From NCBI GenBank assembly GCA_050745265.1, contig JBOGKE010000078.1:36841-100840 (forward strand): 64,000 nt of DNA, given 5' to 3'. A program made the translations under genes and the position numbers. The notes beneath the pieces are model-generated. The model searched no databases, was not told the origin of the DNA, and was given only the letters and a program-made list of their open reading frames with translations. The stretch is from Terriglobia bacterium. GTDB lineage: Bacteria; Acidobacteriota; Terriglobia; UBA7540. Within the stretch, counting starts at the first letter, position 1; each line of letters begins with the position of its first letter. Below, in pieces: positions 16,364 to 26,781 of the stretch.

Positions 16364-17368
16364 GTGAAGAGGCGAGAATTGATTGAAGCCGCGCTCGCGG
16401 GAGGGGCGTTTGCGGGCGCGAAACTGCGCGGTGCCGAGCTGCCCGCGCCGAGCAACAGCCCCGCCGCAGCCTGGACCCGCACGGGAGAGCTCGTGACCGA
16501 GCCTGCGGCCGCGGGAAAGCCGCACGCCGGAAAGGTGCTCGCGGCGATCCAGCCTCACTCCGATGACGTTCCGCTCTTTGCCGGCGGCACGGTCGCGAAG
16601 CTGATCAGCGAGGGTTACACGGGATACCTGATCCGCACCACCAACGACGAGATGACCGGCGCGGGCACGCGCGGCGAAGGCGTGCTCCACAACGAGCGGG
16701 ATGACGACGCGGTGGCCCGGGCGCTCGGGTTGAAGAAGGCCTACGACCTCAGCTACCGCAATCACCGGCTCGACGCCATTTCTCCCCAGGATTTTCGCGG
16801 CCGCCTGATCCTTCTGATCCGGCTGCTGCGCGTCGACACCTTGATTTCCTACGATCATTGGGGACTCTACGAAGAGAATCCCGACCATTACGTCACGGCC
16901 GCGGTGGTGGAGTCGGCGTGCTGGATGGCGGGAATGGACAAGGATTATCCCGAGCAACTGGAGGCCGGGCTCAAGCCGCACGGCGTGCAAGAGAAGTATT
17001 ACTTCTCGCGCGGTCCTCAGATTGCGAACCGAGTGGTCGATATTTCCGGCGTGGTCGAGCAGAAGATTGCGTCGATTCGCGCCGTGGCCACGCAGGGCCC
17101 GGGCGGCGAAAATGGCGCCCGACTGCGCGAGCGGCTGCAAGCGCAGCACCTGCGCCTTGACATTTTAGGAGACGATGACGAAACCTCGAATCGCGCTTAT
17201 ATCCAGCATATCGTGCTCGATCGGGATTCGATGTACCTGCGCGGCGTCCCCTCGGACCGGGAAATCGGACGGCCGTTCGGCTTCGCGTGGGCGGAGCGAT
17301 TTCACTACATCGGCCCCACCGCCTCGCGCCTCGACGAATACATTTCGCAGCACGCGGTGAAACTGTAG
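16364..17368 (+). CDS. PIG-L/LmbE family deacetylase with Tat-like leader
   Basis: QPHSDD, TTNDEM, ENPDH motifs; N-terminal KRRELI + hydrophobic stretch. Confidence 0.88.
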   Translation: MKRRELIEAALAGGAFAGAKLRGAELPAPSNSPAAAWTRTGELVTEPAAAGKPHAGKVLAAIQPHSDDVPLFAGGTVAKLISEGYTGYLIRTTNDEMTGAGTRGEGVLHNERDDDAVARALGLKKAYDLSYRNHRLDAISPQDFRGRLILLIRLLRVDTLISYDHWGLYEENPDHYVTAAVVESACWMAGMDKDYPEQLEAGLKPHGVQEKYYFSRGPQIANRVVDISGVVEQKIASIRAVATQGPGGENGARLRERLQAQHLRLDILGDDDETSNRAYIQHIVLDRDSMYLRGVPSDREIGRPFGFAWAERFHYIGPTASRLDEYISQHAVKL

Positions 17369-17410
17369 CGGCGACCGGAGCCTGCCCTGACGCAGTTGTC
17401 ACACAGACTC

Positions 17411-17659
17411 TTTACGCCCTGAGGGGCCAGCGGCTAAACAGGCTGCGGAAAAACTGCGAACCTGTCATTCTGAGGAGCCGCAGGCGACGAAGAATCTCCG
17501 TAGTTGTTTGATTCTTGAATGCAGGGATTCTTCGCGGAGTTTACCCTGAGCGGAGCCGAAGGGCTCAGAATGACAGTTCGAAGTGCATTTTTTCGCAGCC
17601 TGTAAAGCCGACACAATTCATGGCCCATAAGCGGCACGACTAAGGTCGTGCCCTGATAC
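17411..17659. mobile_element. GGCACGAC-type REP element with a 164-bp TIR MITE inserted in a hairpin loop
   Basis: TAAA duplicated at 17435-38 and 17603-06; TIRs CAGGCTGCGGAAAAA/TTTTTTCGCAGCCTG; removing the insert restores CGGCTAAAGCCG. Confidence 0.85.
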
Positions 17660-17739
17660 GCCGCCTTAACTGAAGCCTTTCGGAGCACCATGATGTGGTT
17701 TGCGTCCGAAGGCTGAACGACGTGCTGCATAATGAGCTT

Positions 17740-19656
17740 ATGTGCGGAATTTGCGGCGTCTTCAATTTCGACCGAAGCGACCCCGTAAGCGCCTCGGCGC
17801 TCGAGGCCATGAACCGCCGCATTTTCCATCGCGGGCCGGACGATGAAGGCTTTTACGCGGCCGGCAACATCGGACTCGCGATGCGCCGCCTGAGCATCGT
17901 CGATCTTTCGACCGGCCATCAGCCGATGAGCAACGAAGACGGATCGCTCTGGATCGTCTTCAACGGCGAAATTTATAACCACCGTGAGTTGCGCCCCGGC
18001 CTCGAAGCCCGCGGGCATCGCTACCGCACGCAATGCGACACCGAGACGATCGTCCACCTTTATGAAGAATACGGCCGTGCCTGCGTGGACCACTTGCGCG
18101 GCATGTTCGCGTTCGCCATCTGGGACACGCGCAGCCGCCGCCTGTTCTGCGCGCGGGATCGTTTGGGCATCAAGCCTTTCTATTATCACCTCGACGCCCG
18201 CCGTTTTCTTTTCGGCTCGGAGATCAAGGCGCTGCTCGCCCATCCGTCGCTCCAGGCTGAATTCGACCGCGTCGTGGTTCCCGAGTATCTCGCCTTCGGC
18301 TACCTTTCCGGCGAAGAGACCTTCTTCCGCGGTGTCCGCAAGCTGATGCCGGGGCATTGGTTGGAGCTTGACGAAACGGGCAAGGCCGAGATTGATCAGT
18401 ACTGGGACGTTTCTGCGGCGGCGAGCTCGGATTCGAGACCGCGATCGTACTACGTCGAGACCTACGGCGAGATGCTCGAGCGAGCCGTATCGAGCCACCT
18501 GATGAGCGATGTGCCGCTCGGAGTGTTCCTCAGCGGCGGACTCGATTCGAGCGTGGTTGCGGCGCTCACCACGAAATTGCGCGGTTCGGCGATTGAGACT
18601 TTTTCCGTAGGCTACGCCGAAGCGCCTTACAGCGAGCTCCCCTTCGCGCGTGAAGTGGCCGCGCACATTGGTTCCGTTCATCACGAAGTCCGCGTGAGCT
18701 GGAGCGAGTTTATGGATTCGCTCCCGAGGCTCATCTGGCACGAAGACGAGCCGATTGTTTGGCCGTCGAGCGTGCCTCTTTATTTCGTTGCGCGCCTGGC
18801 TCGCGAGCGCGTCAAGGTGGTCCTCACCGGCGAAGGCAGCGACGAGACGCTGGCCGGCTATACGCGCTACGCGTGGACGCTGTGGAATGCGCGGCTCGAT
18901 CGGATTTACCGCGGCCTCGTGCCGGAGGGATTGCGCGGCCTGATCCGCGCCAGAATCGATGCGCCGAACGCGCTGCCCGTCGGATTCCAGCGCGGGTTGC
19001 GGCACACGTTCCTGGCTCGCGACGGCGCCTGTTGGCCGTCGTTCTACTTCGACAACTTTTATTCGGCGTTCACGGAAAAGGCGCAGCAGGAATTGCTCGC
19101 CGCGGCCCCGCCACCCGGAACGGCCTATGACCACGTGCTCGATTATTGGGAGAGGTCGCCCGGCGATCTGCTGCATCGCCTCCTTTACACCGACATGAAG
19201 ACTTACCTCGTTGAGCTGCTGATGAAGCAGGACAACATGAGCATGGCCGCTTCCATCGAAAGCCGCGTTCCGTTTCTGGATCACGTGCTGGTGGAATTTA
19301 CCACCGGCATTCCGGCGGAGTACTCGACGCGCAAGCTGGCGGGAAAGTTCGTGCTGAAATCGGCGGCCGAGAAGCTTCTGCCGGCTTCGATCATCTACCG
19401 GAAGAAAATGGGATTCCCCACGCCGCTGCGGGGATGGTTGACAGGCGCGGGGCTCGATTCGGTCGAGAAGCTGCTGCTCGACCCGCGCAGCCTCGAGCAG
19501 GGACTGTTCAGGCCGGAGGCGCTGAAACGCCTGTTCGCCGAGCAGCGGTCGAAGCAGCACGACCACTACGAGCGAATCTGGCGGCTGATGAACCTGGAAA
19601 TCTGGCGCCGCGTCTTCATCGAGCGCGACCCGGCGTATGCGCAGCAGGCGGTTTGA
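17740..19656 (+). CDS. asnB: Asparagine synthase (glutamine-hydrolysing) family amidotransferase
   Basis: MCGICG Ntn start, HRGPD, RRLSIVD, NGEIYN, LSGGLDSS, TGEGSDE, ESRVPFLD. Confidence 0.95.
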   Translation: MCGICGVFNFDRSDPVSASALEAMNRRIFHRGPDDEGFYAAGNIGLAMRRLSIVDLSTGHQPMSNEDGSLWIVFNGEIYNHRELRPGLEARGHRYRTQCDTETIVHLYEEYGRACVDHLRGMFAFAIWDTRSRRLFCARDRLGIKPFYYHLDARRFLFGSEIKALLAHPSLQAEFDRVVVPEYLAFGYLSGEETFFRGVRKLMPGHWLELDETGKAEIDQYWDVSAAASSDSRPRSYYVETYGEMLERAVSSHLMSDVPLGVFLSGGLDSSVVAALTTKLRGSAIETFSVGYAEAPYSELPFAREVAAHIGSVHHEVRVSWSEFMDSLPRLIWHEDEPIVWPSSVPLYFVARLARERVKVVLTGEGSDETLAGYTRYAWTLWNARLDRIYRGLVPEGLRGLIRARIDAPNALPVGFQRGLRHTFLARDGACWPSFYFDNFYSAFTEKAQQELLAAAPPPGTAYDHVLDYWERSPGDLLHRLLYTDMKTYLVELLMKQDNMSMAASIESRVPFLDHVLVEFTTGIPAEYSTRKLAGKFVLKSAAEKLLPASIIYRKKMGFPTPLRGWLTGAGLDSVEKLLLDPRSLEQGLFRPEALKRLFAEQRSKQHDHYERIWRLMNLEIWRRVFIERDPAYAQQAV

Positions 19657-19679
19657 TCGCGAATGGAAGGCGCGAAGCA

Positions 19680-20174
19680 ATGAATAGCGAGGTCGAGATC
19701 GTCCCGGCTGCTTCACAAGATGAGATCGCGGAGGCGCGGCGGCTCTTCGAAGAGTATGGGCGGTCCCTTAGCTTCAGCTTGTGCTTTCAGGGCTTCTCGG
19801 AAGAGCTCGCGAGCCTGCCCGGCGCTTACGCTCCCCCGGCGGGCCGCTTGCTGCTCGCGCGCGTGCCGGAGGGTTTTGCCGGCTGCGTCGCCCTGCGCCC
19901 GATCGACGCCGCCACCGGCGAGGTGAAGCGGCTCTACGTCGCTCCCGAGTTCCGGAAAAAAAGAATCGGTCGCATGATGGCCGAGCGCGTCATCGAAGAG
20001 GCGCGGAAGATCGGTTATGCCAAACTGCGCCTCGACACGCTCACCGCGATGACGGAAGCTCGGTCCCTGTATCGCTCGCTCGGATTTTATGAGACGGCGC
20101 CGTACCACGCGAGTCCGCTGAGCGGAACGGTGTACATGGAGCTTGTCCTCGCGCCCGCGCCGGAGCGTGTTTAG
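19680..20174 (+). CDS. GNAT N-acetyltransferase
   Basis: GEVKRLYV.PEFRKKRIGR, LRLDT, ARSLYRSLGF. Confidence 0.92.
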   Translation: MNSEVEIVPAASQDEIAEARRLFEEYGRSLSFSLCFQGFSEELASLPGAYAPPAGRLLLARVPEGFAGCVALRPIDAATGEVKRLYVAPEFRKKRIGRMMAERVIEEARKIGYAKLRLDTLTAMTEARSLYRSLGFYETAPYHASPLSGTVYMELVLAPAPERV

Positions 20175-20363
20175 CGACGGACAATTTTCCCATTGCGGAT
20201 TCGCGGTGCGGGCGACGCGGCGCTTCGCCCCGACCGACGAGAAAAGGCGCGGAGTTAGAGAACAACTCCGCGATACCGCTCTCCCGCGCGGCTCATTGGT
20301 AGCGGGTAAAATTCGGCGGGTGTATAGTGAAGGCATAATTACGGGAAAGAAGGAGCGGCAGTC

Positions 20364-20951
20364 ATGTCGGAAAAAACCACAGCAATTTTTGGCATTTACC
20401 TCGCCGCGGCGGATGTTGAGCTCGGAGTTGAGGCGCTGCGCGCCGGTGGGTTCCGGAACGAAGACATCTCGGTACTCTTCGCGGAAGCTTCGGGATTGAA
20501 GCACGTCGCCGATGAACATGGGAACGCGAGCGGGGCCGCGGAAGCTGCCCTGGTGGGCGCCGGAGCCGGAGGGCTCATCGGAGGCGCGCTGGGAGTCTTG
20601 GCCGGAATCGGGGTATTGACGATTCCCGGCGCAGGTCCCTTTATTGCAGGAGGGCCAATGATGGCGGGGTTAGCGGGGCTCAGCGTAGGCGGCGCGCTGG
20701 GCGGCATCACAGGCGCGCTCGTCGGAATGGGTGTCCCCGAGTATGAGGCCAAAGGCTATGACGGCCGCATCCAAGAGGGTGCAATCTTACTCTCCGTCCA
20801 CGCCGCGGCGCCCGATCGGATTGAGCGAGCTCAAGAGGCGCTGAGGCGGACCGGCGCCCAGGATATCTCGTTTACGGTTGCGATGGGCTCAGATCTCGCG
20901 GCTAACGAGCAGCCATTCCCGCGCCCGGTTCCGGCCCGAGAGTCAATTTAG
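20364..20951 (+). CDS. General stress protein (YflT/DUF3341-like, glycine-zipper membrane segment)
   Basis: GFRNEDISVL, Gly-rich TM hairpin, GMGVPEYEAKGYDGRI; AAGGAG SD. Confidence 0.75.
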   Translation: MSEKTTAIFGIYLAAADVELGVEALRAGGFRNEDISVLFAEASGLKHVADEHGNASGAAEAALVGAGAGGLIGGALGVLAGIGVLTIPGAGPFIAGGPMMAGLAGLSVGGALGGITGALVGMGVPEYEAKGYDGRIQEGAILLSVHAAAPDRIERAQEALRRTGAQDISFTVAMGSDLAANEQPFPRPVPARESI

Positions 20952-21108
20952 ATTCTGACGGGTACCCGACTCTCTGCGTCCGATGCGAGTTGCTCGTGGT
21001 TGTGAAACTCGGGAACGGAGTCACTGCTTTGCGCATTCTACTTACAGTGAGCCAGCCGGTACGGTGAGACGGCGAGGAAGCCGGCTGGGCTAAGTTATCG
21101 GATCCTTT

Positions 21109-23046
21109 ATGGATCTCCATGGCCCGCGCATGCCGGCATCTGATCCACCGCTTCATCTCGAGCGCCTAGGGCCTCAGGTACCGGCGCCCCCCAAAACCTC
21201 CCAACCTTCCTCGAAATTAATGATGCCGGTCACGATCGCCCTGGTGATCGCGGCCCTGTACCTTGGCCGGAGCGTGCTGGTTCCCCTTGCTCTCGCCGTG
21301 CTGCTGAGTTTCGCGCTCACCCCCATCGCAGCACGGCTGGAAAGGTGGGGACTGGGCCGCGCCCCCTCGGTGCTGCTGGTGATCCTGGCGGCGTTTGTCT
21401 TGATCGCAGCGCTGGCCTGGGTAGTGAGCGGCCAACTGATACAGATCGCCGGCAGGTTGCCGGCCTATGAAGCGAGCATCCAAAGTAAGGTCGAATCAAT
21501 TCAGGGATCCAAGCGTGGGCGACTGGCTAAAGCCGTTGCCGCCGTCACCGCACTCAAAAAGGAGCTCAGCCGCGCGCCAGAAGCCATCTCCCAGAAGGGT
21601 GCGAAGGCCGGCGCAGCCCCTAGGCGCGCAGTTCCTGTCGAGGTGGTGAAAGGCCCGACGAACGCCTTAACGGATTTGCGAGGCGTGGTGGGGCCGCTGC
21701 TGGGACCCCTTGGGACAGCCGGCATTGTGATCGTTTTTACGATCTTTATGCTGCTGAAGCGAGAGGACCTGCGGAACCGCGTCATCCGGTTCGCCGGCCG
21801 AGGGCGGCTCAGCCTCATGACGACGGCGCTGGACGATGGCGCCCGGCGGCTCAGCCGGTATTTTCTGCTACAGGTTCTCGTCAACACCGGATATGGTGTT
21901 CTCGTTGCCATCGCGCTGTATTTTATTGGCGTGCCCCATGCCGTGCTTTGGGGCGTTCTCACGGGAGTACTCCGCTTCATCCCATACGTCGGTATTTTGA
22001 TTGCCGCCAGCCTTCCCAGCGCTATGGCGCTGGCGGTGTTCCCGGGGTGGACCCAAGCCATCCTGACGATCTGCCTCTTCGTGGTCCTTGAAGGCACGAT
22101 TGCCAGCTTTCTCGAACCGATGCTCTACGGGTCGCACACCGGCATTTCCTCCCTCGCGATTCTGGTGGCGGCCGTTTTCTGGACCATGCTCTGGGGTCCT
22201 GTGGGTCTGATTCTCTCCACTCCTTTAACGGTGTGTGTGATCGTGATGGGCAGCCACGTCCCACAGTTGCGGTTTCTCGAGATTGCCCTGGGGGATGAGC
22301 CCGCGCTCTCACCCGAGGCGCACTTCTATCAGCGCCTTTTGGCGATGGATGAGGAAGAGGTGCACGACATCGCCGACGAATATCTCAAGGAGCATCCGCT
22401 AGAGGCCCTCTACGAACACGTTTTCATTCCGGCCCTCGGACTCGCGGAACAAGACCGCCACGGCAACACCCTCGACGCGGAACGGCACGCTTTTATATGC
22501 CAGAGCATGAGAGAACTCATCGAGGAGTTAGGAGAACGCATCGTGCAAGAAGCGCCGGCGCAGAGCGCGCCCGAGAACGGCGAAGCTGCTCCCGCGGCGG
22601 GCTGCGACATCCGCTCGGTTAACTTTCTCTGCATTCCTGCTCGGGATGATGCAGATGAAATCGTCGCGATGATGGTCGCTCAGCTCGCCCCTCGCGAGTT
22701 ATCTCGGGCGCAGTTCATCCCCATCGGCACTGTCGCGGACATGCTGGCGCAAGTCGCGGAGCAACAGGCGAACATTGTGTGCGTCTCGGCGCTTCCACCC
22801 GCCGCCCTGGGACAGGCTCGTTCACTTTGCAAGCGGCTGCGCATGCGATTTCCTGAATTGAAAATCATCCTGGGCTTGTGGCACTACGCGGGCGGCCTCG
22901 GGCGCGCGCAGGAGCGGACCGGAGGCATCGCTGCGGACCTTCTGGCCACGACGTTACCGGAGGTGGCGCTGCAGACTAGCCGGCTGGCGGGATGCGCTGC
23001 CCCAGCGGTTCGAGAGGCGCGAATCGAGACCGGGCAGACCTCGTAA
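21109..23046 (+). CDS. AI-2E family transporter with C-terminal B12-binding-like module
   Basis: Multi-TM AI-2E core (LRFIPYVG, EPMLYG, LWGPVGLILSTPLT) plus ~230-aa soluble tail. Confidence 0.9.
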   Translation: MDLHGPRMPASDPPLHLERLGPQVPAPPKTSQPSSKLMMPVTIALVIAALYLGRSVLVPLALAVLLSFALTPIAARLERWGLGRAPSVLLVILAAFVLIAALAWVVSGQLIQIAGRLPAYEASIQSKVESIQGSKRGRLAKAVAAVTALKKELSRAPEAISQKGAKAGAAPRRAVPVEVVKGPTNALTDLRGVVGPLLGPLGTAGIVIVFTIFMLLKREDLRNRVIRFAGRGRLSLMTTALDDGARRLSRYFLLQVLVNTGYGVLVAIALYFIGVPHAVLWGVLTGVLRFIPYVGILIAASLPSAMALAVFPGWTQAILTICLFVVLEGTIASFLEPMLYGSHTGISSLAILVAAVFWTMLWGPVGLILSTPLTVCVIVMGSHVPQLRFLEIALGDEPALSPEAHFYQRLLAMDEEEVHDIADEYLKEHPLEALYEHVFIPALGLAEQDRHGNTLDAERHAFICQSMRELIEELGERIVQEAPAQSAPENGEAAPAAGCDIRSVNFLCIPARDDADEIVAMMVAQLAPRELSRAQFIPIGTVADMLAQVAEQQANIVCVSALPPAALGQARSLCKRLRMRFPELKIILGLWHYAGGLGRAQERTGGIAADLLATTLPEVALQTSRLAGCAAPAVREARIETGQTS

Positions 23047-23155
23047 TCAGGCGGCCGGCGGCATCACCTTGGCCGACCCGGTGTCATTGCGGCGGCGCGA
23101 GTGTAAGGGCGACGCGGCGGGTCGCTCGGAGTTTGAGTCGAGCACGAAGCATGGC

Positions 23156-23191
23156 GAGATTCTTCGCTCCAGTTTGTGCCGCTCAGGATGA
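23156..23191. repeat. Degenerate arm of the TCATTCTGAG repeat
   Basis: GAGATTCTTCGC...GCTCAGGATGA resembles GAGATTCTTCG...CTCAGAATGAC. Confidence 0.45.
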
Positions 23192-23415
23192 GAGCGCGAC
23201 CCTTCCGCGGTTTTGTTTCGCCGCGGGATGACGTCACGGACTTACAAAACAGCTCCGCGTTAGTCACTCAGTTCCACAGAAGGAGGCAAAGAAAGGTGGC
23301 CCATGCCGTGGGCGGTTATCGCGATGACCAATAGCCCGCAGTCAGAAAAGCACTGACCGTTGCTACCACTATGGTCAGAATAATTCGGCTCCGGCGGAAA
23401 GCCGGATGGTGCGAC

Positions 23416-24540
23416 TCAATCTCTCGCTTCGGTGATGATGTGCACATCGACCTCGGGAGATTCTCGCAGGAAGCGGTGCGCGGTAGAAAGGTACAGATAC
23501 TTCCTCCAGCCTTTGACCGCTGAGCGGCCGAAAATCACCTGCGTGATGTGCTTCTCGCGGACGAATTCGCCCACAGCGTCCGCCACGCTTGATCCCTTCA
23601 ATCGCTCGACCTTGGCGCCGAGGCTTTCCGCAAACTGAAGATTCGAGGTCAGGGATTTCTGCCTTGCTTCGTTTCGGTCCCGGCCCGTGTTCACATACAC
23701 GGCGTAGAATTCGGCATCCAGCCTTCTTGCGATGCGGGACGCCCGCGCGATCAGGTATTGGGCATATGAGCCGGGATGCACGCAGACCGCGAGCCGTTCC
23801 CGGACGGCCCAGTTTTTCTGGATGTCTTTCGCGCTCATATAGGTTTCGAGGCTGCGATCCACCTGTTCCGTTACCTGGCGCAGCGCCAACTCCCGAAGCG
23901 CAATGAGATTTCCGTGCCGAAAGAAGTTCCCGAGGGCCTGGTCCACCTTCTGAGGCGCGTAGACATCGCCGCGCCGCATGCGGTTGCGCAAGGCTTCCGG
24001 CGTCAAGTCCACCATCACGCTCTCGTTCGCCGTCAGCGGCACCCAGTCGGGCACGGTCTCGCGCACCGTGATGCCGGTAATATTGCGAACCACGGGAGCA
24101 ATGCTCTCGATATGCTGAATGTTGACGGTCGAAAGAACATCGATCTTCGCCGCTAGAATCTCCTGAACGTCTTCGTAGCGCTTGCGGTGCTTGCTTCCCG
24201 GAATGTTGGTGTGCGCGAGCTCGTCAACCAGGACCACTTCCGGCCGGCGCGCGATGATCGCGTCAACATCCATTTCCTCAAAAACTGTACCCTTGTATTC
24301 GAGCTTCCGGCGCGGAACCGATTCGAGCCGAGCGGCCAATTCCTCGATAGCTTTTCTGCCGTGGTCTTCGACCAGGCCGATCACGACATCTTCCCCCCGG
24401 CGGTGACGCCGAATCCCTTCGCTGAGCATGCTGTACGTTTTGCCGACTCCCGGCGCATACCCCAGGAAGAGTTTGAAGATTCCCTTCGTTCTCTGCGACG
24501 GAGATGCGACTTCCAGCCAGTCTTCCGGTCGCTTTGGCAC
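23416..24540 (-). CDS. kdpD: Stand-alone KdpD N-terminal sensor (KdpD domain + Usp domain)
   Basis: LFLGYAPGVGKTYSML, VLVDELAHTN, STVNIQHIES, LRELALR, Usp domain; no TM or kinase part. Confidence 0.93.
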   Translation of the reverse strand: MPKRPEDWLEVASPSQRTKGIFKLFLGYAPGVGKTYSMLSEGIRRHRRGEDVVIGLVEDHGRKAIEELAARLESVPRRKLEYKGTVFEEMDVDAIIARRPEVVLVDELAHTNIPGSKHRKRYEDVQEILAAKIDVLSTVNIQHIESIAPVVRNITGITVRETVPDWVPLTANESVMVDLTPEALRNRMRRGDVYAPQKVDQALGNFFRHGNLIALRELALRQVTEQVDRSLETYMSAKDIQKNWAVRERLAVCVHPGSYAQYLIARASRIARRLDAEFYAVYVNTGRDRNEARQKSLTSNLQFAESLGAKVERLKGSSVADAVGEFVREKHITQVIFGRSAVKGWRKYLYLSTAHRFLRESPEVDVHIITEARD

Positions 24541-24589
24541 TGGACGATCTCCTCAACGGGACATCAGGCAACTGCGGTAGAATCTACGC

Positions 24590-26053
24590 ATGCCCCGGCT
24601 TTCTTCGCGTCAACCCGTGCGATTCCTCGTGGCGTTTGGCATCGTCGTGGTTCTGACTTTCTTCTATAGGAGAATTCTGCCGCAAGTAAACCCGACAACC
24701 GTCGCTTTGTCTTTTCTTCTGACGATTCTAGCAGTTTCCGCTGCGTGGGGAATGGCGGTATCTGCTGTGATGTCGCTGGCGGCGATGTTAGCCTTCAATT
24801 ACTTCTTTCTTCCCCCTCTCGGAACGTTTACCATCGACGATCCTCAGAATTGGGTGGCCCTTTTTGCATTTCTGGTAACAGCTATCGTCGGCAGTCAACT
24901 CTCCGGGCGTGTCCGAAGAGAAGCAGACGCGGTCAACCGGCGCAGAAAAGAGATCGAGAGACTCTACGCATTCAGCCAGAAACTCCTCGGTGAGGGAAAC
25001 GTCATCCAATTGCTCAACGCGATTCCGGATCATGTCGTCGAGACGTTTGAGGCCGGAGCGGCAGGCCTTTTCCTTGCCGACAAGAACAAATTTTATCGGT
25101 CGGGCTTCGGTTCGCCCCAGCTCGAAGAAGACAAACTGAGAGCCGCCTTCACTCGCGATGAGCCCGCCGTGGACCCTGAGCGACGAATCTGTTTTGCGCC
25201 GGTTCGGCTGGGCGTGCGTCCCATTGGAAGCTTCGGGATTTCCGGGCCTTCGCTTTCTCGCCCAACCCTGGAAGCTGTGGGCAGCTTGATCGGCATCGCA
25301 ACGGAGCGCGCTCGAACGGTGGAGCAATTGAGCAAGACGGAAGCCGACCGGCAGGGCGAGCGGCTGAAATCCGCTCTTCTCGACTCAATCACGCACGATT
25401 TCCGCACTCCGCTGACATCGATCAAGGCTTCGATCACGAGCCTTCTTTCGGGGCAGCATCAGAGTGGAGGTCAGCAGTAGGAACTCCTTACGGTGATTGA
25501 CGAAGAGTGCGACCGGCTCAACCACCTCGTGGAGGAGGCCGCGCAGATGGCGCAACTGGAAGCGGGAGAGGTCGAGTTGGAATTCAACTCCATCCCGATT
25601 GAAGAGCTGATGGAAGCCGCGCTTGCGGATTGCCGCAAGACGCTCGGTTCGCGTCCGATTCGCCTCGAAGTTGCGCCCGGACTTCCGCCTGTTCGGGCGG
25701 ACCTGAATCGCGCCAAGGACGTTCTCGTACAATTGATCGATAATGCGAACCTCTATTCGGCGAAGGACCGGCCGATCGTCCTGAGCGCGGAAGCCAACGG
25801 AGATTTTGTTTTGACTAGCGTCGCCGATCAGGGCCCCGGCATCGAAGCCCTGGAACAGGAGATGATTTTCGACAAATTCTACCGCGGAAAGGACCAGAGA
25901 TATCTCGTGCGGGGAACGGGGATGGGATTGCCCATTGCCAAGGCGATTGTGGAGGTGCATGGCGGCTCGATCGGCGTCACGAGCCAGCTGGGTCACGGCT
26001 CCGTCTTTTCCTTCACGCTACCGATTGACGGCAACAGGAGCGGGCAGCGATGA
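24590..26053 (+). pseudogene. KdpD C-terminal-like histidine kinase (DUF4118 TM, GAF, HisKA, HATPase) interrupted by one in-frame TAG (25478-80)
   Basis: Track ORFs 24590-25480 and 25493-26053 share a frame; H-box SITHDFRTPL precedes the stop, N/G boxes follow; QQ*ELLTVIDEECDRL reads as a continuous DHp helix. Confidence 0.85.
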
Positions 26054-26781
26054 ATTCCGCAAAGATCCTTGTCGTCGACGATGAGCCCCAGGTGCGCCGC
26101 GTCATGAAGGCAACGCTCGCCGCCGAAGGCTACACCATCTTTGAAGCGCGCAACGGCGAAGAGGCGTTAGAAATCTTTCGCGCCAAGCCTCCCGACATCA
26201 TCCTGCTCGACGTTAATATGCCGGGGATGGATGGTTTGGAGGCGTGCCGCGAAATTCGCAGGAGCTCGGGCGCGCCGATCATCATGCTCACGGTGCGAAG
26301 CGCAGAGCGCGACAAGGTGCTCGCGTTGGACGCAGGCGCGGACGACTACGTTGTGAAGCCGTTTGGCATGCAGGAGCTGCTTGCCCGCGTCCGCGCCGCG
26401 CTTCGCCGGACGTTGCCGCCGGACAAACTGCCGCCGTTCATTTCGAGGGACCTGAGCATCGACTTTGAGACCCGCCGCGTGACCGTCCGCAGGCGGGAGG
26501 TGCATCTCACGCCCAAGGAATTCGATTTGCTCCGCCAACTGGTTGCCCACCAGGGAAAAGCGCTGACTCACCGCCGTCTCTTGCAGGCCGTTTGGGGGCC
26601 GGACTACGGGAACGAACCGGAATACCTCCGCGTCATCATCAACCAACTGCGGAAGAAAATCGAATCTGACCCCTCCCGTCCGCGGCTCATCCTCACCGAG
26701 CCGTGGGTCGGCTACCGCTTTGAGCCGCCGGAAGAAGCTCGTTCTCGCGCGAGCTCGGCGCCGGACGAACGCATCGGATGA
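26050..26781 (+). CDS. kdpE: OmpR-family response regulator KdpE
   Basis: ILLDVNMPG, GADDYVVKPF, HLTPKEFDLL, ILTEPWVGYRF; ATGA overlap with kinase. Confidence 0.92.
   Translation: MNSAKILVVDDEPQVRRVMKATLAAEGYTIFEARNGEEALEIFRAKPPDIILLDVNMPGMDGLEACREIRRSSGAPIIMLTVRSAERDKVLALDAGADDYVVKPFGMQELLARVRAALRRTLPPDKLPPFISRDLSIDFETRRVTVRRREVHLTPKEFDLLRQLVAHQGKALTHRRLLQAVWGPDYGNEPEYLRVIINQLRKKIESDPSRPRLILTEPWVGYRFEPPEEARSRASSAPDERIG

Noticed and set aside
20248-20272. CGCGGAGTT/AACTCCGCG hairpin as an intrinsic terminator
   Set aside because: No U-tract on either strand
23280-23360. AAGGAGG followed by 12-17 codon ORFs
   Set aside because: Poor SD spacing, no recognisable peptide features
24574-26718. 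7-bp inverted match GCGGTAG/CTACCGC as kdp inversion breakpoints
   Set aside because: Too short, and the right copy lies in conserved kdpE GYRF codons
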